A stretch of DNA of 27,377 nt. It comes from Macrostomum lignano (taxonomy: Eukaryota). The position numbers were made by a program, and so were the translations under genes. A model generated the notes under the pieces. The model searched no databases. It was given only the letters and a program-made list of their open reading frames with translations, and was not told the DNA's origin. This document shows, piece by piece, positions 11,901 through 20,028 of this stretch; positions within the stretch are counted from its first letter, which is position 1, and every line of letters starts with the position of its first letter. The DNA is taken from assembly GCA_002269645.1 (NCBI GenBank), contig NIVC01002795.1, positions 1-27,377 of the forward strand, in the 5' to 3' direction.

Positions 11901-14900
11901 TGTGTCATCAGTTCCTTCCCTGTGTCCTCTGCTTCTTCCCTGTGTCCTCTACTCCTTCCCTGTGTCCTTAGTTCCTTCCCTGTGTCCTCAGTTCCTTCCC
12001 TGTGTCCTTAGTTCCTTCCCTGTGTCCTCAGTTCCTTCCCTGTGTCCTCTGCTTCTTCCCTGTGTCCTTAGTTCTTTCCCTGTGTCCTCAGTTCCTTCCC
12101 TGTGTCCTCAGTTCCTTCCCTGTGTCCTTAGTTCCTTCCCTGTGTCCTTAGTTCCTTCCCTGTGTCCTTAGTTCTTTCCCTGTGTCCTCAGTTCCTTCCC
12201 TGTGTCCTTAGTTCCTTCCCTGTGTCATCAGTTCCTTCCCTGTGTCCTCTGCTTCTTCCCTGTGTCCTCTACTCCTTCCCTGTGTCCTTAGTTCCTTCCG
12301 TGTCCTCAGTTCCTTCCCTGTGTCCTTAGTTCCTTCCCTGTGTCCTCAGTTCCTTCCCTGTGTCCGCATTCAAATTACATTCCCAAACATCATACTTCTA
12401 CCGAGTAGGCATTATGGTTTCTCATTGCCCATTTCCAATTTTTAGCACACGATGCTTAAGGTGATCTTCGAGTTGACTTGCCACCAGGCCGGCCCCCGCG
12501 AGTCTCTCGACGTCATCAGCCAGCTGTTCGTCAACTCCGTCCGCTGCAACAGCACCAGTTTTATGTACGACTCGTGGAAATATCCTCTGCTGCTGAAGTT
12601 CCCGAGCAACAGCGCAGCCCATCTGGTCAGTAAAGTGATCTACAATTTCCCAGGTAAATTTTGCTGCGGCCAACTTAAACGATTGTTTTCGGGAAGCTCT
12701 GATTTAAATGGGATTACATGGGATTGAATGGGATTAAATAGGATTAAATGGGATTGAATATGATTAAATGGGATTGAATAGAATTAAATAGGATTAAGTG
12801 GGATTGAATGGGATTAAATGGGATTGAATGGGATTAAATAGGATTAAATGGGATTGAATAGGATTAAATGGGATTGAATGGGATTAAATAGGATTAAATG
12901 GGATTGAATAGAATTAAATAGGATTAAATGGGATTGAATATGATTAAATGGGATTGAATAGAATTAAATAGGATTAAGTGGGATTGAATGGGATTAAATG
13001 GGATTGAATGGGATTAAATAGGATTAAATGGGATTGAATAGGATTAAATGGGATTGAATGGGATTAAATAGGATTAAATGGGATTGAATAGAATTAAATA
13101 GGATTAAGTGGGATTGAATGGGATTAAATGGGATTGAATGGGATTAAATGGGATTGAATGGGATTGAATGGGATTAAATGGGATTGAATATGATTAAATG
13201 GGATTAAATGGGATTGAATGGGATTAAATGGGATTGAATGGGATTAAATAGGATTAAATGGGATTGAATGGGATTAAATAGGATTAAATGGGATTGAATG
13301 GGATTAAATGGGATTAAATGGGATTGAATATGATTAAATGGGATTAAATGGGATTGAATGGGATTAAATGGGATTAAATGGGATTGAATATGATTAAATG
13401 GGATTGAATGGAATTAAATAGGATTAAATGGGATTGAATGGGATTAAATGGGATTGAATATGATTAAATGGGATTAAATGGGATTGAATGGGATTAAATG
13501 GGATTAAATGGGATTGAATATGATTAAATGGGATTAAATGGGATTGAATAGGATTAAATGGGATTGAATGGGATTAAATAGGAATTAAATGGGATTGAAT
13601 GGAATTAAATAGGATTAAATGGGATTGAATGGGATTAAATGGGATTGAATATGATTAAATGGGATTAAATGGGATTGAATGGGATTAAATGGGATTGAAT
13701 GGGATTAAATAGGATTAAATGGGATTGAATGGGATTAAATAGGATTAAATGGGATTGAATGGGATTAAATGGGATTAAATGGGATTGAATGGGATTAAAT
13801 GGGATTGAATATGATTAAATGGGATTAAATGGGATTGAATAGGATTAAATGGGATTGAATGGGATTAAATGGAATCAAATAGGATTAAATGAGATTAAAT
13901 GGAATCAAACAGGATTAAATGAGATTAAATGGAATTAAATGCGATTAAATGGGATTGAATAGGATTAAATGGGATAAAATGGGATAAAATGGGATCGAAT
14001 GTGTTTGAATGGGATAAAATTGGATTGAATGGGATTAAATGGGATTGAATGGGATTAAATGGAATCAAATAGGATTAAATGAGATTAAATGGAATCAAAT
14101 AGGATTAAATGAGATTAAATGGAATTAAATGGGATTAAATGGGATTGAATGGGATAAAATGGGATTGAATGTGTTTGAATGGGATTACATGGGATTGAAT
14201 GGGATTGAATGGGATAAAATGGGATAAAATGGGATTGAATGTGTTTGAATGGGATAAAATTGGATTGAATGGGATTGAATGGGATTGAATGGGATTGAAT
14301 GGGATTGAATGGGATTAAATGGGATTGAATGGGATTGAATGGGATTGAATGGGATTGAATGGGATTGAATGGGATTGAATGGGATTGAATGGGATTGAAT
14401 GGGATTGAATGGGATTGAATAGGATTAAATGGGATTGAATGGGATAAAATGAGATTGAATTTTATTGAATGGGATTACATGGGATTGAATGGTATTGAAT
14501 GGGATTGAATGGGATTAAATGGGATTGAATGGGATTGAATGTGATTACATGGGATTAAATGGGATTAGCTAAATGGGATTAAAGGGGATTGAATTGGATC
14601 GAATGGGATTAAGTTTGATTAAATTGGATTGAATGGGATTGAGATGATTTGAATGGGATTGCATGGGTCTAAATGGAATTGAATGGGGTTTAATGGGGTT
14701 TAATGGAATTAAATGAGATTGAGTAAGATTAAATCTGATTAAAGGCGAATTATTAAACTAATTTACGCGCAACACTTCCTTGACCTGCAGTGGTGCAATC
14801 AATCTGCCAGAACCTGGACTCGCGGCCCAACCAGAACGACAACAGCACCTTCGGGAACATCCATCTGCCTCTATTTATTGATTCGAGAATTCTGCCGAAC

Positions 14901-17480
14901 TCCAAGAGGCACTACTCACAGATATCTTGCGGTTTCGACCTCGACTACAGGCCTGGTTACAGCATCCTGCTGAGGATCAGCCACAACCTGGGCTTTGAGG
15001 ATATCGACTTCTATTGCCACTCCAAGCTGTCTAGCAGAGACGTCAATCCCCATATTGTGCTCACCACCAGGCGGCGGGACTCGAACAGTCCGGGCAACTG
15101 GATTGAGGAGCAGCTGGAAATGTGCCACGGTTATTCCATCGGCTCGCTGGGCACCAAGTCCAGATTGCTGATTGACGGCTCTGTCGGCATCAGCTTGCTG
15201 GCCTTGAAAAACGACATGATGGAAAGGCTGGCTGGACCTGGGATGGACGCATTGCGTCAGATCTTCAACCTGACACAAATCAAGACCTTGAGTTTTATCA
15301 TCAGCTATGAGTACGGTGAGACTGAGATGAGATGGGTGGGCTCTCAGGTAGGTTTTCAGGTGGGCTCTCAGGTGGGCTCTCAGGTGGGCTCCTAGGTGGG
15401 CTCCTAGGTGGGCTCTCAGCTGGGCTCTCAGATGGGCTCCAGGTGGGCTCTCAGGTGGGCTCTCAGGTGGGCTCTCAGGTGGGCTCCAGGTGGGCTCTCA
15501 GGTGGGCTCTCAGGTGGGCTCTCAGGTGGGCTCTCAGGTGGGCTCTCAGGTGGGCTCTCAGGTGGGCTCTCAGGTGGGCTCTCAGGTGGGCTCTCAGGTG
15601 GGCTCTCAGGTGGGCTCCCAGGTGGGCTCTCAGGTGGGCTCTCAGGCGGATTTTCAGGTGGGCTCCCAGGTGGGCTCTCAGGTGGGCTCTCAGGTGGGCT
15701 CTCAGGTGGGCTCTCAGGTGGGCTCTCAGGTGGGCTCTCAGGTGGGTTTTCAGGTGGGCTCTCAGGTGGGCTCCCAGGTGGGCTCTCATGTGGCGCAGTC
15801 TTCAAGGTGAGATGGGTCTTGAAGGTGAGGTGGGTCTTGAAGGTGAGGTGGGTCTTGAAGGTGAGATGGGTCTTGAAGGTGAGATGGGTCTTGAAGGTGA
15901 GGTGGGTCTTGAAGGTGAGGTGGGTCTTCAATGTGAGGTGGGTCTTCAATTTGAGGTGGGTCTTCAAGGTGATGTGGGTCTTCCATGTGAGGTGGGTCTT
16001 GAAGGTGAGGTGGGTCTTGAAGGTGATGTGGGTCTTCAATTTGAGGTGGGTCTTCAAAGTGAGGTGTGTCTTCAAGGTGATGTGGGTCCCGAAGGTTGGG
16101 TCTTCAAGGTGAGGTGGTTATTTAAGGTGAGGTGGATTTTCATGGTGAGGAGGGCCTCTAAAGTTGGTTTACAACTATTCTCTAAGATGCGGCGGTAACC
16201 AAAAAACTCGCTCTGAACACAATCTCGCGCAGTGCCCTCCTGCCCGGAGCTGCAGTGCCGCTCCCTGAACAGTGGGCAGCCGGGCTGCCAGAACATTTCG
16301 GTCAGCAGCATGAGGCTGGAGGCTCAGCTGGCCAGGACGCCAGAGAGCAGGGCAGCCGCGGCATCCGACTGCAAGTGGAACATCCCCACCAGTACGGAGA
16401 TGCGGCAGGCCATGGACCGCGAATCGAACTCTTGGCTAGTGCGCTTGGAGCTGTCTAACTTTGATTTCAGCTGTCCCTGTCACGACTGCGACGCGTACGG
16501 CCAGCACATGACAGTCGGCCGGAAGGCAGCCGGGGCCGCCGCCGCCACCAGGAGTCTTGTGATCTGCGGCGACTACAGCTCCTCTAGCCGGGTGCTGTAC
16601 ATGGCGCTGACTGCCGACCTGCCCGACATTCAGATCAGCTACTCGGCCATCGAGACTGGAATTAATGTCAGCGTGACCTTCATTGATTGCAACCGGAATG
16701 CCAGCCTCAGACAGTGCCGCATGGCCAGGACTCAGGTCTGGGGTGCCAAGCAGTTCATGCTCAGCGGAAGGACTCCAGGTGAGACGCGCGCTGAGGGTCA
16801 CCTGCCTTGCGCTTTGTTCCCGATGAACAAATACCCGATAAGCCTGGTCTCTGATTTATTTAATTGCCTGCTACCTGTTTCCTGAGGATATGTGCCGGTG
16901 GTGCCTGGTTCCCAAGTACGACGTCTCGTATACCGGTGTTTCCCCGGTTCCCGGGTATACATATAGGTGGTTACCCGGTTCCCGAGTATACATACAGGTG
17001 GTTACCCGGTTCCCGGGAATACATACAGGTGGTTACCTGGTTCCCGAGTATACATACAGGTGGTTACCCGGTTCCCAAGTATAAATACCGGTGGTTACCC
17101 GGTTCCCGAGTATAAATACCGGTGGTTACCCGGTTCCCGAGTATATATACCGGTGGTTACCCGGTTCCCGAGTATAAATACCGGTGGTTACCCGGTTCCC
17201 GAGTATAAATACCGGTGTTTACCCGGCTCCCGAGTATAAATACCGGTGTTTACCCTTCTCCCGAGTATAAATACAACTTTACGACATTAACCACAACCCA
17301 TCGCCTGTTCCAGGTGGTCTGGTCTTTCTGGCCATCGTGCTGACTCTCCTGCTATTGGGCTGCCTGTTGTTCATCAACCGAGAGGCCGTTGGCAGCCGAG
17401 TTCACGCGGTGCTGCAGTTGCGACAGTCCCGGACTGAGGACACCCTGCAGCTGACGAGGGAGACTGCGTCGCAGGAATAG
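2431..17480 (+). CDS. Gene A: type I membrane protein with about 7 CUB/CUB-like domains (~1148 aa, 11 exons)
   Basis: Exons 2431-2938, 3347-3793, 4306-4521, 5081-5317, 5677-5872, 6648-6913, 11699-11829, 12446-12653, 14791-15315, 16233-16778, 17314-17480. All junctions are GT/AG with matching phases (1,1,1,1,2,1,0,1,1,1), and the total of 3447 nt is divisible by 3. Signal peptide [23 protein letters not shown] motifs, [21 protein letters not shown]. Confidence 0.85.
2958..3303. repeat. Intron 1: 26-bp repeat (GATAGATTAGCAATCCATTCAGTATA) in a ~120-bp higher-order unit carrying a triplicated acceptor-like motif
   Basis: Lines 3061 and 3181 are identical at 120-bp offset; TTTGGTTCCGCTCCCACAG occurs three times. 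Confidence 0.92.
3347..3793 (+). CDS. Gene A exon 2: CUB domain 2
   Basis: CTGAC branch point at 3332 and CCCGCAG acceptor; [36 protein letters not shown]; donor GTTAAT at 3794 (weak). Confidence 0.85.
3843..4250. repeat. Intron 2: degenerate 31/34-bp minisatellite (CATCAAGCTTCCAGTCTCCATCGTGCTTCAT)
   Basis: Visible tandem copies with a HindIII core; explains the S/H/Q-rich ORFs at 3788-4350. Confidence 0.92.
4306..4521 (+). CDS. Gene A exon 3: N-terminal half of CUB domain 3
   Basis: Acceptor CCCGCAG; QCPEKV...[28 protein letters not shown]; donor GTGAGT at 4522. Confidence 0.88.
4595..4990. repeat. Intron 3: 16-bp purine-rich minisatellite (GTGGTGAAGGAGGCTA)
   Basis: More than 20 visible copies with degenerate edges. 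Confidence 0.95.
5081..5317 (+). CDS. Gene A exon 4: C-terminal half of CUB domain 3
   Basis: Acceptor TCCTGCAG; [11 protein letters not shown]...RFCA...VQIKFQS...RGFELFY; donor GTAAGC at 5318. Confidence 0.88.
5352..5638. repeat. Intron 4: 23-bp C-rich minisatellite (ACCCCATGCCCGCCACCCCAAAC)
   Basis: About 12 visible copies; explains the Pro/His- and Gly/Trp-rich ORFs. Confidence 0.93.
5677..5872 (+). CDS. Gene A exon 5: N-terminal half of CUB-like domain 4
   Basis: Acceptor CCCGCAG (phase 1); GSCPQP...[21 protein letters not shown]; strong donor GTAAGT at 5873 (phase 2). Confidence 0.82.
5962..6534. repeat. Intron 5: 12-bp minisatellite with two interspersed variants (TGGATTGAGTAT / TGGATTGAGTCC)
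   Basis: About 47 copies; produces the WIEY/WIES and LSIG/LSPG pseudo-ORFs. Confidence 0.97.
6648..6913 (+). CDS. Gene A exon 6: C-terminal half of CUB-like domain 4
   Basis: Acceptor CTTTTAG at 6647 matches phase 2; PCEPRVGF...DFCT...VNVTIST...MGFNLTI; donor GTGCGA at 6914. Confidence 0.82.
6930..11580. repeat. Intron 6: 4.65-kb satellite of 19-bp CAGATTCCCGATCTCTTCT with 16-bp and 23-bp variants
   Basis: Roughly 250 units (length divided by unit size). The + strand lacks stop triplets, so all three + frames are open. Confidence 0.98.
11699..11829 (+). CDS. Gene A exon 7: start of degenerate CUB-like domain 5
   Basis: Weak acceptor CTCTTGCCTACTCAAG (phase 1); [11 protein letters not shown]...PGCVVAEF; donor GTGAGC at 11830 (phase 0) matches exon 8. 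Confidence 0.65.
11861..12365. repeat. Intron 7: 20-bp pyrimidine-rich minisatellite (TGTGTCCTTAGTTCCTTCCC)
   Basis: About 25 visible copies, three per 60-nt line. Confidence 0.96.
12446..12653 (+). CDS. Gene A exon 8: remainder of degenerate CUB-like domain 5
   Basis: Acceptor ATTTTTAG (phase 0); [12 protein letters not shown]...VRCNSTS...LLLKFPS; donor CAG|GTAAAT at 12654. Confidence 0.8.
12705..14740. repeat. Intron 8: 2-kb 10-bp satellite (GGGATTGAAT / GGGATTAAAT)
   Basis: About 200 units, more homogeneous internally and decaying toward the 3' end. Confidence 0.97.
14791..15315 (+). CDS. Gene A exon 9: divergent CUB-like domain 6
   Basis: Acceptor CTTGACCTGCAG (phase 1); [19 protein letters not shown]...FYCH...MCH...SFIISYEY; donor GTGAGA at 15316. 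Confidence 0.82.
15336..15787. repeat. Intron 9 array a: 12-bp CAGGTGGGCTCT
   Basis: About 36 copies; gives the RWAL/GSQV/GGLS pseudo-ORFs. Confidence 0.96.
15800..16140. repeat. Intron 9 array b: 18-bp GAAGGTGAGGTGGGTCTT
   Basis: About 18 copies directly abutting array a and sharing its GGTGGG core. Confidence 0.94.
16233..16778 (+). CDS. Gene A exon 10: membrane-proximal CUB-like domain 7
   Basis: Acceptor CTCGCGCAG (phase 1); DCKWNIP...[16 protein letters not shown]...VICG...IQISYS...INVSVTF; donor CAG|GTGAGA at 16779. Confidence 0.85.
16930..17272. repeat. Intron 10: 31-bp minisatellite (GGTGGTTACCCGGTTCCCGAGTATAAATACC)
   Basis: About 11 visible copies. Confidence 0.93.
17314..17480 (+). 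CDS. Gene A exon 11: TM helix plus ~33-aa cytoplasmic tail
   Basis: Acceptor CTGTTCCAG (phase 1); [55 protein letters not shown]; TAG at 17478-17480. Not in the ORF track. Confidence 0.85.
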
Positions 17481-17545
17481 AGGATGGAGATAACCGGACA
17501 CTGCCGTCTCCCCACCTCTGCATACAATTTACTTTGCTGCTGACA

Positions 17546-18174
17546 CCTCTCCTCTCCTCTCCTCTCCTCTCCTCTGCTCTGCTCTCCTCTGCTCTCCTCT
17601 CCTCTCCTCTCCTCTCCTCTCCTCTCCTCTCCTCTCCTCTCCTCTCCTCTCCTCTCCTCTCCTCTCCTCTCTTCTCCTCTCCTCTCCTCTCCTCTCCTCT
17701 CCTCTCCTCTCCTCTCCTCTCCTCTCCTCTCCTCTCCTCTCTTCTCCTCTCCTCTCCTCTCCTCTCCTCTCCTCTCCTCTCCTTTCCTCTCCTCTCCTCT
17801 CCTCTCCTCTCCTCTCCTCTCCTCTCCTCTCCTCTCCTCTCCTCTCTTCTCCTCTCCTCTCCTCTCCTCTCCTCTCTTCTCCTCTCCTCTCCTCTCCTCT
17901 CCTCTCCTCTCCTCTCCTCTCCTCTCCTCTCCTCTCCTCTCCTCTCCTCTCCTCTCCTCTCCTCTCTTCTCTTCTCCTCTCCTCTCCTCTCCTCTCCTCT
18001 CCTCTCCTCTCCTCTCCTCTCCTCTCTTCTCCTCTCCTCTCCTCTCCTCTCCTCTCCTCTCCTCTCCTCTCCTCTCCTCTCCTCTCCTCTCTCTCCTCTC
18101 CTCTCTCTCTCCTCTCTCTCCTCTCCTCTCCTCTCCTCTCCTCTCCTCTCCTCTCTTCTCCTCTCCTCTCCTCC
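17546..18174. repeat. (CTCCT)n pentanucleotide microsatellite, ~630 bp, just 3' of the gene A stop
   Basis: Directly visible; source of the GEERR/LLSSP pseudo-ORFs. Confidence 0.98.
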
Positions 18175-18647
18175 ATTTCCTCTCTTCACTTCGCTTTGCT
18201 ATCTTCCCTCGCCCACTTGTCTCCCCAGTCCCCTCTCTCCAGCTGCTCACAGCCTCAGCTCCACACCAATATTTCACAGCCAGCAGCAGTGCAATCATTC
18301 AACTGCAACAGTAAACTGCACATTTTTGCTAAAATACACGATAACTTTATTTTACGACAAACGCCACCGGTTCTCCAACAACGCGAAGCCACATTGACGT
18401 CAATTTGATTGATACTTAATTAACAATCTGTTGTCATAGGAACGCGCTCCATCAGCCTAAAAGTAAAACTAAACTTTTAAACAAATCACTAATCACTTCT
18501 GCGAATTTTGATCTTCAATTAGTGCAAATTAACAATACTGAACAACACCTTAATTATCTTTTTCCTTATTGAATATGTAATCATTGGCTGATCTTGATTC
18601 TCCAACTGAATTATTATTATATTTGCGACTAACTTTATGCGATATTC

Positions 18648-18653
18648 AATAAA
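18648..18653 (+). promoter_or_regulatory. Candidate polyadenylation signal of gene A
   Basis: AATAAA in AT-rich sequence with a T-rich downstream stretch. Confidence 0.35.
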
Positions 18654-18777
18654 ACTAACGCAAATTTACATTCGATAAAGTTTATTTGCTCGCTTACTAT
18701 GAGTAACTCTGTGACAGACTTCAAGTTCGTTTATTTATTCGTGTTGTGCTTACCTGACAGACTGGTTCGGAGCGTCT

Positions 18778-19180
18778 AACTGATCACTCCAGCACCCAAC
18801 TGATCACTCTAGCAGTCAACTGATCACTCCAGCCCACAACTGATCACTCTAGCACCCAACTGATCACTCTAGCAGTCAACTGATCACTCTAGCAGTCAAC
18901 TGATCACTCTAGCACCCAACTGATCACTCTAGCACCCAACTGATCACTCTAACACCCAACTGATCACTCTAGCAGTCAACTGATCACTCTAGCACCCAGG
19001 TGATCACTCCAGCACCCAACTGATCACTCTAGCACCCAGAGGATCACTCTAGCAGTCAACTGATCACTCTAGCACCCAACTGATCACTCTAGCAGTCAAC
19101 TGATCACTCTAGCACCCAACTGATCACTCTAGCACCCAACTGATCACTCTAGCACCCAACTGATCACTCTAGCACCCAAG
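18778..19180. repeat. Intergenic 20-bp minisatellite (TGATCACTCTAGCACCCAAC / ...AGCAGTCAAC), about 20 copies
   Basis: Three units per 60-nt line; two interspersed variants. Confidence 0.97.
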
Positions 19181-19711
19181 TGACTCGCCAGAAACAGTTA
19201 CCAAAAAAGCAGAATCCGAAAAGCTACGATTTAGTTTCGCACCCCGCAGCTACCGCACCGCATCGGATCCCCGAACCCTGGATTTCATTTTCCTCCCCAT
19301 TTTCATCCCCATCGCTTCGTCACGCTGCCAGTAGCCATGTGAGAGGGGGATCGGGGATAAAATATTGACCACGGCAATCCGGTGTGCATCTGGGGCAGGA
19401 CAGGACAGGCCAGTCAGCGAAATGAACGCACCGAACGCAGTTCTTTCACCCACTGTTGAACTCTGCCTTATTGCGGAATTCGCTGGATGGGTGTGTGTGT
19501 GCGTGTGTGTGTGGGAGGAGAGCTTCGCCAAAGCCGTTCCCCGAGGCTCTCGGCACACTTCCAACCGCCTCCCGTTGATTATCGAAGAGCACTGGCGGGC
19601 GGACCGGATCACCCGATGCCCAGTTTTAATCCGCAATTTAATTTCGCGACACGCTATCAGCTTAGCGATACAGAGACAGACAGAGAGAGAAACACAGATA
19701 AGCACGGCTGG

Positions 19712-19714
<3 letters not shown>

Positions 19715-19758
<44 letters not shown>
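19715..19758. repeat. (GA)n microsatellite upstream of the gene B ATG; short (GT)n at about 19490-19511
   Basis: Directly visible. Confidence 0.95.
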
Positions 19759-19761
<3 letters not shown>

Positions 19762-19808
19762 ACAGTTCGAAAATTCGACCCACCTCGGCGCACCGTTCCG
19801 GAGAGGAG

Positions 19809-20028
19809 ATGAGCAGAACGCCTGCCACTGGATCGCACAGGCTGGTCGGCAAGAGTCGTCGCTTAGTCCGTCAGCGGGACATTGAGCAGTCGCAGCAGCA
19901 CTCGACCGAGGAGCGTCTGGCCCGGCCGCTCACCAGACAGCGCGGCGAGGAGGCCGAAGTCGCCGATGTCGACTTTGTGTTGCAGGAGGCGCCGCAACGA
20001 ATCGTCGTGCGAGTCAGCCTGGTCACGC
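19809..20028 (+). CDS. Gene B exon 1: basic/acidic low-complexity N-terminus leading into the domain (…RIVVRVSLVT)
   Basis: ATG at 19809; donor GTGAGC at 20029 (phase 1) matches exon 2. The start codon choice is uncertain. Confidence 0.65.

Noticed and set aside
15332-16198. Gly-rich, collagen-like (GLEGEV) or RWAL ORFs
   Set aside because: Products of the 12- and 18-bp arrays, open on both strands, lying between phase-matched exons 9 and 10.
16888-16940. Possible extra small exon ([10 protein letters not shown]...) in gene A intron 10
   Set aside because: No donor in a compatible phase, and the sequence resembles a degenerate first copy of the 31-bp repeat.
17374-18397. GEERR and LLSSP ORFs
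   Set aside because: Translations of the (CTCCT)n microsatellite.
19250-19808. N-terminal extension of gene B through the (GT)n and (GA)n tracts (ORF from 19365)
   Set aside because: Starts at a non-ATG codon, runs through microsatellites and shows no domain signal; more likely promoter or 5' UTR.
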